Source of the DNA: an uncultured cyanobacterium
GTDB taxonomy: Bacteria > Cyanobacteriota > Cyanobacteriia > Cyanobacteriales > Nostocaceae
Reading direction: 5' to 3'
Length of the DNA: 64,000 nt
NCBI GenBank assembly: GCA_963740315.1
Contig: CAVUDP010000001.1
Location: 672,001 to 736,000 of the forward strand
Made by a program: the position numbers and the translations under genes. Positions 40,027 through 48,554 of the stretch are shown here, one piece after another. The notes beneath the pieces are model-generated. The model searched no databases, was not told the DNA's origin, and saw only the letters and a program-made list of their open reading frames with translations. How positions within the stretch are numbered: position 1 is the first letter of the stretch; each line of letters starts with the position of its first letter.

Positions 40027-40455
40027 TTAATCGAAAGTATCTTTCACATTATTAACAGCACCTTTAAAAGCATTCTTTGTCGCATCTACCGCACCTTTAG
40101 TGCGTGCTGCATCTTCGTTAGCGCGTTTTTCAATTGTTGCTGCGTCTTTGTTCGCTTTACGCTCTAAGAAGTTGCCGCTTCCATCTGTTGCGTCTTCAAC
40201 TCGATCGGCATTATTATTAGCCGTGCGTTTGACTTGATTTTTTACATCATCGATGAAACCCTTGGTGTTTTGAGCGTCTTCGCTGGCTTTCCCTTTAGCA
40301 TCACCACCGATACCAAATATAGCCAAAGTAGGGTTGTTGTTTGCTGCGATCGCAACGTTATTGAAGAATCCGAAAGTCGCAGACAAGCAGAACATACCTA
40401 TAGCTAAGAAACGTCCAAACTTAGCTACTTTTGAGGTTAAATATGTTGATTTCAT
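40027..40455 (-). CDS. Exported hypothetical protein, LEA-like hydrophilic helical region
   Basis: Signal-like N-terminus followed by A/K/D/N-rich amphipathic repeats. Confidence 0.65.
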   Translation of the reverse strand: MKSTYLTSKVAKFGRFLAIGMFCLSATFGFFNNVAIAANNNPTLAIFGIGGDAKGKASEDAQNTKGFIDDVKNQVKRTANNNADRVEDATDGSGNFLERKANKDAATIEKRANEDAARTKGAVDATKNAFKGAVNNVKDTFD

Positions 40456-40920
40456 AGAATATTTTTTCCCTGTAGATTTAGCATTATATTTGTAAATGAT
40501 TTTCAGCAACAGATAGAACTTTCTTTTGGTAGAAGTTATTTGATTAGAAGAGGGAGATTTTTGCGATCGTACTCTGACTTTTGGTTGAATACTGGCGATT
40601 TTTTGATGAGCGATCGGAATTTATCGTGTTATGAAACTGTGTCTCGTCATTGCGTTCACGGAGTGTTCCCTCTTAGGGAATGGAGGCACGACGAAGCATT
40701 CACCGTCAGGTGCGGTTCATCGCAAGATTTTAGAGCTTCTGTGAGTAATGTCTGTATTTACGAAATCTGGCGGTTGAAACCGCTGCTACACAAGCGAAGT
40801 CCACCTGCGTGGACTGGGTTATAGATGATTAATTAGCGAATTTTGCGGGATATGCTGTATTCACGTCACGAATGCGTAATTCTTATAGAATAACTGTAAC
40901 GTATATCTCAGTACTGCCTG

Positions 40921-43698
40921 ATGACCGAGGAAGAATTGCTACAGGCGATCGAACAAGCAGCAGCAGAGGGAGCGACGGAATTAGACCTTTCTGGTAACGA
41001 GTTGACGGTTTTACCTCCTGAAATTGGGAAGCTGACACAACTTAAAAAGTTGATTCTTGGTAGATATGATACAAAAGCTTTTGGTGGTTATATCGGTAAC
41101 AACTTGAGCGAGTTATCGAAAGAAATTGGACTGCTCAATCAACTTGAAGAACTTCTAATAATCGGAAATCAACTGAGTGAATTACCAGCAGAATTTGGAC
41201 AACTCACCAATTTGCAATCCCTCAACCTCAGTGGTAATCAACTGAGTGAATTACCAGCAGAAATAGGACAACTCACCAATTTGCAATCCCTCAACCTCAA
41301 CCACAATCAACTGAATAGTTTACCAGCAGAATTTGGACTGCTCAATCAACTTGAAGAACTTCTAATAATCGGAAATCAACTGAGTGAATTACCAGCAGAA
41401 TTTGGACAACTCACCAATTTGCAATCCCTCAACCTCAACCACAATCAACTGAATAGTTTACCAGCAGAATTTGGACAACTCACCAACTTGCAATCTCTCC
41501 ACCTCTGGGGTAATCAACTGAGTGAATTACCAGCAGAAATAGGACAACTCACCAATTTGCAATCCCTCAACCTCAACCACAATCAACTGAATAGTTTACC
41601 AACCGAAATTGGACATTTACATTCATGCCTATCAGAACTTAGGCTCGATTATAATCTCTTAAAATACCTTCCACCAGAAATCCGAGGTAAAAGTTCTCAA
41701 GTAATCTTAAACTTTTACAAACAACAGTTAGAACAAACAATCGACCGTCTCTACGAAGCAAAATTTTTGATTATTGGAGAAGGAGAAGCGGGTAAAACTT
41801 CTTTAGCGAAAAAAATTGAAGATGAAAATTACCAACTCAAATCTGATGAGAAATCAACAGAAGGTATTGATGTCATCCAGTGGAAATTCCCACTACCTAA
41901 TGGTAAAGAATTTCGCGTTAATATTTGGGATTTTGGCGGACAAGAAATCTACCATCAAACTCACCAATTTTTTCTATCCAAACGTTCTCTTTACGCTTTA
42001 GTTGCTGATTCTCGCAGGGAAAATACTAACTTTTACTGGTGGATGAAAGTTGCCGAACTTCTAAGTGATAAAAGCCCTATATTAATTATTGAAAATGAAA
42101 AACAAGACCGTAAATGTGAAATACCCAAGTTAAAGAACGAGTTTAGTAATTTAAAAGAAGTTTTGGCAACTAACTTAGCAACAAATCGTGGTTTAGAAGA
42201 AATCAAAAAAAGTATAAGATATTATATCAGCAATCTTCCCCACATTGGTACAGAGTTACCAAAAATCTGGGTGGAAATCCGTTCGATTATCGAAAAAGAT
42301 TCTCGCAATTACATTAGTCGAGAAGAATATTATCAACTTTGCAAATCTAATAATTTAGCCGAACGTGACGATATACTGTTGCTAAGTGGCTTTTTACACG
42401 ATCTCGGCGTTTGTCTGCACTTCCAAGATGATTCTACATTAAAACACTATGTAATTCTCAAACCGGAATGGGCGACAAATGCGGTTTATAAAGTATTAGA
42501 TAATGAAGCTGTCATAAATAATTTGGGATGTTTTACCCAAGAACAACTCGGTGAGATTTGGCAAGATAGGAAATACAGCGATATGCAAGATGAACTGCTG
42601 CAATTAATGATGCGGTTTAAACTCTGCTACCCAATTCCCAATCGTTCCGGTAATTATATCGCACCACAATTACTTGATATCAACCAACCCGCATACAGTT
42701 GGGATAGATCCAATAATCTTATCTTGCGCTACGAATATGATTTCATGCCCAAAGGTATTATCACTCGCTTCATTGTAGAAACACACCCTTGGATTGAACA
42801 GCAAAAATTAGTTTGGAAAAGTGGTGTTGTTCTCAATAAAGACCAAATTCGCGCTGAAGTTATTGAAAATTACGATCGACGAGAAATTAAAGTAAGGGTA
42901 TCGGGAAACCGTAAAAAAGATTTACTCACGGTTGTCAATCACGAATTAGAAAAAATCCATCGTTCTTTCGAGCGCTTACAATATCAAACTTTGGTTCCCT
43001 GTAACTGTAAAGAATGTGCGGGAAGCGAAAATCCTTATAGTTATGCTTTAGAAAATTTGCGTAGACGTTTAGAAAAGGGTAGGTATGAAATTGAGTGCGA
43101 TCGCAGCTATGAAATGGTAGATGTCAGAAGATTAATTGACGATGTTAATTTGTCGCTTCAGCCAAAATTTCGGGAATTTAAAGTAGAAAATACACCATTG
43201 CAACGGGAATTAGAACGTGAGAAAAGTATAAATTTAAATGTTAGTATTCAAAATCATAATCAATCAACATCGGAGAGTACAAGCATGAGTAACATTAATG
43301 ACCAAAGCCGTAAAGTTAACATAGGTGGAGATGCAACAAATATTAGTGGTGGTGCATTTAATTTAGGAGAAATCAGCGGTACGGTTGCTAATACCATTAA
43401 TCAGTTACCAGCTTCACCAGAATCGGATAAACCTGGAATCAAAGAATTATTAGAACAACTCAAAACAGCAATTGAGTCAGAATCAAATTTAAGTGATGAT
43501 GATAAAGTTACTGCACTAGAAGAAGTCAAAACTTTAGCTGAAGCAGGACAAAAACCGCAAGAAGGAACAATGCAAAAGCAGGCGAAAAGAGCGATATTGG
43601 CTTTAAAAGGTCTTGTTTCTGGTTTACCTGCTGCTGCAAAGTTGGCTGAATCAGTTCAAAAGCTAATACCGATGATTTCTCATATATTTGGTTTTTAA
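40921..43698 (+). CDS. Roco protein (LRR-Roc GTPase-COR) with C-terminal helical domain
   Basis: 23-aa LRRs (LPAEIGQLTNLQSLNL..NQL), P-loop GEGEAGKTS, STEGI, WDFGGQEIY, COR (LHDLGV.LHF, PEWAT.AVY). Confidence 0.93.
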   Translation: MTEEELLQAIEQAAAEGATELDLSGNELTVLPPEIGKLTQLKKLILGRYDTKAFGGYIGNNLSELSKEIGLLNQLEELLIIGNQLSELPAEFGQLTNLQSLNLSGNQLSELPAEIGQLTNLQSLNLNHNQLNSLPAEFGLLNQLEELLIIGNQLSELPAEFGQLTNLQSLNLNHNQLNSLPAEFGQLTNLQSLHLWGNQLSELPAEIGQLTNLQSLNLNHNQLNSLPTEIGHLHSCLSELRLDYNLLKYLPPEIRGKSSQVILNFYKQQLEQTIDRLYEAKFLIIGEGEAGKTSLAKKIEDENYQLKSDEKSTEGIDVIQWKFPLPNGKEFRVNIWDFGGQEIYHQTHQFFLSKRSLYALVADSRRENTNFYWWMKVAELLSDKSPILIIENEKQDRKCEIPKLKNEFSNLKEVLATNLATNRGLEEIKKSIRYYISNLPHIGTELPKIWVEIRSIIEKDSRNYISREEYYQLCKSNNLAERDDILLLSGFLHDLGVCLHFQDDSTLKHYVILKPEWATNAVYKVLDNEAVINNLGCFTQEQLGEIWQDRKYSDMQDELLQLMMRFKLCYPIPNRSGNYIAPQLLDINQPAYSWDRSNNLILRYEYDFMPKGIITRFIVETHPWIEQQKLVWKSGVVLNKDQIRAEVIENYDRREIKVRVSGNRKKDLLTVVNHELEKIHRSFERLQYQTLVPCNCKECAGSENPYSYALENLRRRLEKGRYEIECDRSYEMVDVRRLIDDVNLSLQPKFREFKVENTPLQRELEREKSINLNVSIQNHNQSTSESTSMSNINDQSRKVNIGGDATNISGGAFNLGEISGTVANTINQLPASPESDKPGIKELLEQLKTAIESESNLSDDDKVTALEEVKTLAEAGQKPQEGTMQKQAKRAILALKGLVSGLPAAAKLAESVQKLIPMISHIFGF

Positions 43699-44238
43699 TA
43701 AGTGGGTATGCCTTTATTATTTGTGTGATTGCGTTAGCGCAGCGTGTCCGATAGGACATGCGACAGCGGATCTTTCCCAGAATCTTGCGATGAACCGCAC
43801 CTCTGGTGATTGCTTCGTTCCTCGCAATGACAAATGTACAATTTATTTTGCGTGAGTACTTAAGTGGGTATGCCTTGATTATTTGTGTGATTGCGAACGA
43901 CAGCGGATCTTTCCCAGAATCTTGCGATGAACCGCACCTCTGGTGATTGCTTCGTTCCTCGCAATGACAATGTACAATTTATTTTGCGTGAGTACTTAAG
44001 TGGGTATGCCTTCATTATTTGTGTCATTGCGAACGAAGTGAAGCAATCCCAGAATCTTGCGATGAACCGCACCTGCGGTGGTTGCTTCGTTCCTCGCAAT
44101 GACAAATGTACAATTTATTTTGCGTGAGTACTTAAGTGGGTATGCCTTCATTATTTGTGTCATTGCGAACGAAGTGAAGCAATCCCAGAATCTTGCGATT
44201 GCTTCGTTCCTCGCAATGACAATGTACAATTTATTTTG
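43699..44238. repeat. Tandem array of four ~136-bp palindromic units
   Basis: Units begin taagtgggtatgcc at 43699, 43861, 43997 and 44133. Core gtcattgcgaacgaagtgaagcaatc...gattgcttcgttcctcgcaatgac. Confidence 0.93.
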
Positions 44239-44288
44239 CCTTAGATTTTCTATTGCGATCGCCTTCGTTGAGCGCGGATATAAACGGG

Positions 44289-45551
44289 CTAACACCAAAT
44301 CCTCACAACTTTCCCGGTTATCTCTTCTCCCAACCACGGTGTATTGCTTGATAAACTATGTAAATTCTTGCTAATAACTTTCCAAGTTTCCTGGGGATTA
44401 AATAAAGTTAATTCTGCTTTTTCACCAGCTTCAATCTTACTTGCATTTTGTTGTAAACATTCGGCTGGATTGGTGGAAAGCGCTTTCCATAATTCCAAGG
44501 CTGTAAATTCACCCGTTTCTACCAATTGCCACAACAAAGGTAAGGCTAATTCCAAACCGATCGCTCCTGGTGGTGCTTGAGCAAACGCGACGGTTTTCTC
44601 TTCATAAGTATAAGGCGAATGGTCTATTGCGATCGCATCTAATATTCCTTGGCGCACTCCCCGACGCAATGCGATCGCATCTTTTGGATTACCCAAGGGC
44701 GGCTCTAAATGCAACCCTGTATCATAGCTCTTAACTGCTTTTGTGTCAAGTAAAAGATGCATCCAGGTAGTGCTGGCGGTGATGGGTAAACCTTTGGCTT
44801 TGGCATCAGCTATTAATTCTACGCTTCTGGCGGTAGAGACGCGCATGATGTGGGTGGGGGTAAAAGTGGTGGCGACTAATTCGAGTAAAGCAGCGATGGC
44901 AGAAGTCTCCGAAGCAGCGGGATTTCCCGGTAAACCCCATTGAATCGAATCTGCACCCTCGCGCATGACTCCATCCGAGGAAATATTGCGATCGCAACAC
45001 CAAAAGGCGACGGGTTTTCTAAAGGGTTGCAGATATTCCAGCGATCGACGCACCAAGGCTAAATTATTCAAAGCGTCACCGTCGGCAAAACCAACAATCC
45101 CCGCCGTTTTTAAATCTGCTAATTCCGTCATTTTTTCGCCTTTGACATCTTGGGTAATTGCACCCCATATATTGAGCATTGGGATTGGAGTGAATTGCAA
45201 AGCCTTATGAAGTTGCTGTAATTGGGCGACAACTGCGGGATTATCGATGGCTGGGGATGTATCGGGTAATAGAGTGATGCGAGTAAAACCGCCAGCGGAA
45301 GCAGCTTTGAGGAGAGATGCAAGGGTTTCTCTTTCTTCAAAACCTGGTTCCCCAGAATGGCTGTATAAATCTACCAATCCCGGTCCTAAAATTAAAGAAT
45401 GACACTCACGAATAGAAGTACCATTAGGGATATCCGAAATGCGATCGTTAACCGATTTAATAATACCATCCTCAATCAACACATCACCAACTCGATCGGT
45501 TTTAGTTACAGGATTGATAATTCTTACTTGTTGTAAAAGTTCGGTTGTCAT
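44289..45551 (-). CDS. pyrC: Dihydroorotase-like protein (PyrC'-type, first metal His replaced)
   Basis: PGLVDLYSHSGEPG, AASAGGFT, EPPLG, AIDHSP, GAIGLE, SSNTPW. Start at MTTELL. Confidence 0.85.
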   Translation of the reverse strand: MTTELLQQVRIINPVTKTDRVGDVLIEDGIIKSVNDRISDIPNGTSIRECHSLILGPGLVDLYSHSGEPGFEERETLASLLKAASAGGFTRITLLPDTSPAIDNPAVVAQLQQLHKALQFTPIPMLNIWGAITQDVKGEKMTELADLKTAGIVGFADGDALNNLALVRRSLEYLQPFRKPVAFWCCDRNISSDGVMREGADSIQWGLPGNPAASETSAIAALLELVATTFTPTHIMRVSTARSVELIADAKAKGLPITASTTWMHLLLDTKAVKSYDTGLHLEPPLGNPKDAIALRRGVRQGILDAIAIDHSPYTYEEKTVAFAQAPPGAIGLELALPLLWQLVETGEFTALELWKALSTNPAECLQQNASKIEAGEKAELTLFNPQETWKVISKNLHSLSSNTPWLGEEITGKVVRIWC

Positions 45552-45561
45552 ATTATTAGTA

Positions 45562-45731
45562 TTAAGGTTAAAGGTCAAAGGTTAAAGGTCAAAGGTTAAA
45601 GGTCAAAGGTTAAAGGTTAAAGGTTAAAATTATTTTTATCTCCCCATCCCCCCATCTCCTTGTCCCCTTGTCCCCTTGTCTCCCCATCTCCCCATCTCCC
45701 TATGCCCCATGCCCCATGCCCAATTCCCAAT
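45562..45731. repeat. STRR tracts (aaggtta/aaggtca; ccccat.)
   Basis: Direct tandem heptamers. Confidence 0.85.
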
Positions 45732-47084
45732 TCACAACGCTCCAGTAACAGTTTCATCTAACACGCTTTCTCCTAAATAAGAGGTAAAATTAATTCCTTG
45801 CAATACAGGAAAGCTATCCAAACCTTTGGGGTAATCAACAACATTCAAGCAACAGTTACTTTGACGGAAATTCCAAAGAGATTCTGCTGATAATCCTAAA
45901 AGATGACAAAGTAAAATTTGATTGGTAACTCCATGAGCCACTATTAATACAGTGTTTAATTTTTCGTTTAATGCTGCATTTAAAATTGATTCGTAAACTT
46001 CAATAGTGCGCTGCCAAACTTGCTGTAAGCTTTCTCCGGCAGGCATTTGGAATTGTTCTGGGGTTTCACGCCATCGCTGCAATTCTCCGGGAAATTCTTG
46101 CTCTATTTCTATTTCTGTTTTTCCTTCCCAAGCTCCGTGAATTATTTCTTTAAATCCATCGTTTAATTCTAACTGTATGTTTGGATGCTGCTGTAAAATT
46201 ATTTCTGCCGTTTCTTTCGCACGCAACAATGAACTACTAAATACTTTGTCAATTGAAACATCTTTGAGGAATTCGGCTACTTTCTCAGACTGTAATTTAC
46301 CATTGTCATTAAGTGAAACATCCACTTGTCCTTGATATCTACTTTGCTGATTCCAATCAGTTTCTCCATGACGTACTAATAGTAATCTTATTCCTCGATG
46401 ATTGGGACGTAATGAAGGTAATTCTTGTCCCATGTGTTGGGTTTGATTGAATGATTCTATCTGAACTTTTTCATCCAAATTACCAGCAAAATTTAGTACG
46501 TTTATGCAACAGTTCGATTGCTGAATACGCTGCATATAACCGGGAGCAATTTTAATTGCAGCTTGAATCAAACATCGATTTATACAGCTATGAGCTACAA
46601 CAAGTATGGTTTGATTTTGATGTTTGAGTAAAATTTCTTGCCAAAATTCTTTTGCTTGTTCGTATAACGCCAAAATCGGAAAATATTCGACGGTTGTTTC
46701 ACCATCTTTTACCAACATTCGCAATTTTTCGGGGTTTTCTTTCCAAATTTTTTGATCTTCGGGAAACTTTTCTTGCACTTCTGTAGAAAGCATTCCCTCC
46801 CATAAAGGTAGGTGAATTTCCATTATTTTATGATTCTGTTGCAGAGCGGGGGTATTATCTAAATTCGCTTTGATTTCGCGGTGAATAATCTCTGCGGTTT
46901 GTTTTGCTCGTTTGAGGGGGCTGCAATAAATCGCATCAAATGAAATATTATTCAGAGCCTTGCCTACTTTTACTGCATCATCACAACCTTTTTGGGTTAA
47001 CTCCGATTCGTCTAGATGTCCCTGAATCCGTCTAACGATATTGTAAGTGCTTTCACCATGACGTACTATAATTACTCGTGTCAA
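45732..47084 (-). CDS. Tandem-domain histidine phosphatase (phosphoglycerate mutase family)
   Basis: Two RHGE motifs (IVRHGES, LVRHGET), SPLKRA/SSLLRA, VAHS/VAHG. Confidence 0.92.
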   Translation of the reverse strand: MTRVIIVRHGESTYNIVRRIQGHLDESELTQKGCDDAVKVGKALNNISFDAIYCSPLKRAKQTAEIIHREIKANLDNTPALQQNHKIMEIHLPLWEGMLSTEVQEKFPEDQKIWKENPEKLRMLVKDGETTVEYFPILALYEQAKEFWQEILLKHQNQTILVVAHSCINRCLIQAAIKIAPGYMQRIQQSNCCINVLNFAGNLDEKVQIESFNQTQHMGQELPSLRPNHRGIRLLLVRHGETDWNQQSRYQGQVDVSLNDNGKLQSEKVAEFLKDVSIDKVFSSSLLRAKETAEIILQQHPNIQLELNDGFKEIIHGAWEGKTEIEIEQEFPGELQRWRETPEQFQMPAGESLQQVWQRTIEVYESILNAALNEKLNTVLIVAHGVTNQILLCHLLGLSAESLWNFRQSNCCLNVVDYPKGLDSFPVLQGINFTSYLGESVLDETVTGAL

Positions 47085-47325
47085 CTTTTCCCCTCCTTTC
47101 TCTCAAGGAATAATTTTACTTGAAAGTGAGTAAAATTTGGGGATTGGGCATTGGGAAAATACGATCGTAATTATTTCTATTTAGACATAAATTAAAGGCG
47201 ATCGCCCAGTTTTATGGAAGCACCCCTCTGATACAATAAATTGGTAGAGATTGGCAACAAATCTTAATTTATGATTTGATGATTTTTGTCATAAGATATC
47301 ATTAGATGTTGCGATCGTAACAATT

Positions 47326-47517
47326 ATGCACAGAGAATATATAGAAGTTTTAGAAGGGTTAATTGATAAATTGACATTATCCACAGTTTTGGAAATGTTA
47401 GAGCGAATATGCCACAAAAAAGCAGAAAATCTCAGAACTAAGTGGAAAGATGAGGCTTCAGCAAAGCTTTGGGAGAAAGCTGCTAGGCAAGTAGAGCAGA
47501 TCGATATTGATGTTTGA
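47326..47517 (+). CDS. Small conserved hypothetical protein
   Basis: 63-aa helical ORF (LE.LIDK..LS.VLE.LERICHKKAENLR..W.DE..AK.W). Confidence 0.65.
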   Translation: MHREYIEVLEGLIDKLTLSTVLEMLERICHKKAENLRTKWKDEASAKLWEKAARQVEQIDIDV

Positions 47518-47742
47518 TTAAGTAGCGATATAGGGGAATCGCAGTATGTGTAATGTGAGAATCCTCGGAAAATAGCACAGGCTTGAAATAAGTTATGAAT
47601 TATATATATAACCAAAATAAAACCCGTAAAAACGGGCTTCATTGTTGTTATTTAAGTTAGAAATGTTCGCCTGAGAAAAATACGGTGTTATAAAAAATAG
47701 CTACAAATGGATTTTTAGAGGATGTTCGAGAAATATCGTTTT

Positions 47743-48126
47743 CTACAATTTCTTGATTTTCAAATCCTTTCGTTGATTAGTGTTAGTTAAATCAAACTGT
47801 AGCTGCAATCCATCATTACTATCACCTGTTTTATCACCAGGTTGTAGCAAAACGGGTGTATTGCCTATTTGTTGCATTTCACCAGCTCTCCAGGAGCCGA
47901 CGTTGGTAAGTGTATTTTGCTCTACATTATTATTAACCGGGGTTGGGGTGGAAGTTTGAGGAGTAAAAAAGATGGAGAAATCTTGATTTGCTGTTCTTTG
48001 ATTGATTCCGGTGAGCGAATCGCCAGATAAAGTGTAACCTTTTCGATTAGACTGGGCGCTTGCTGAATTGGTAAAAGCTAGGGTTGCCACTATTCCTAAA
48101 GCAGCCACAAATTTAATCTTTAACAT
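47743..48126 (-). CDS. Secreted hypothetical protein
   Basis: Signal peptide ending ASA-Q, followed by low-complexity polar sequence. Confidence 0.65.
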   Translation of the reverse strand: MLKIKFVAALGIVATLAFTNSASAQSNRKGYTLSGDSLTGINQRTANQDFSIFFTPQTSTPTPVNNNVEQNTLTNVGSWRAGEMQQIGNTPVLLQPGDKTGDSNDGLQLQFDLTNTNQRKDLKIKKL

Positions 48127-48332
48127 TCTTATTCACGCTCCTAGTATGTCTGCAATGACTTACTTGTAAAGGATTTGTCGCCATTATTATATGCGACTTT
48201 ATATTAAAAAACCTTAGTCTATATACGTATTTTATCAAAGTACTATTTATCGATCGGCGATCGCTAATTATTTGAATTTTTGTTAACTTAAAAGTCAAAA
48301 AACGTTAACATTCCTGAAGATTCTATCTTCTT

Positions 48333-48477
48333 AGAGGATGTTTGGAAAGCCACAAATAAGATCGGAAGACTTTCGAAATCCCCCTTACAGAAGGGGGACT
48401 TTAACCCCCCTTTTTAAGGGGGGAAGGGGGGATCAAAGCAGTAATGAGGTAACAACAGATACTTGGAATATCCTCTT
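48333..48477. repeat. MITE-like element with inverted ends enclosing ccccctt..aagggg hairpins
   Basis: gaggatgtttggaaag ... cttggaatatcctc ends. Related hairpins near 18590 and 50640. Confidence 0.55.
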
Positions 48478-48554
48478 AAAGTAAATATTTTTTGTGAAAT
48501 AAAAGCAGAGGATATTTTGAAGTTACCGGGTTTGTAATTTTTGTTTTGCAGTAA

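Noticed and set aside
40540..40824. 94-aa ORF upstream of Roco
   Set aside because: Largely composed of dispersed repeats; TTG start; no recognisable domain.
40901..40914. NtcA-like GTA-N8-TAC just before the Roco start
   Set aside because: A six-base match is expected by chance in AT-rich DNA, and there is no correctly spaced -10 box.
43699..44374. Possible CRISPR array, and ORFs 43860-44105, 43891-44127, 43996-44337, 44078-44374
   Set aside because: No spacers; the ORFs are translations of the palindromic tandem repeat.
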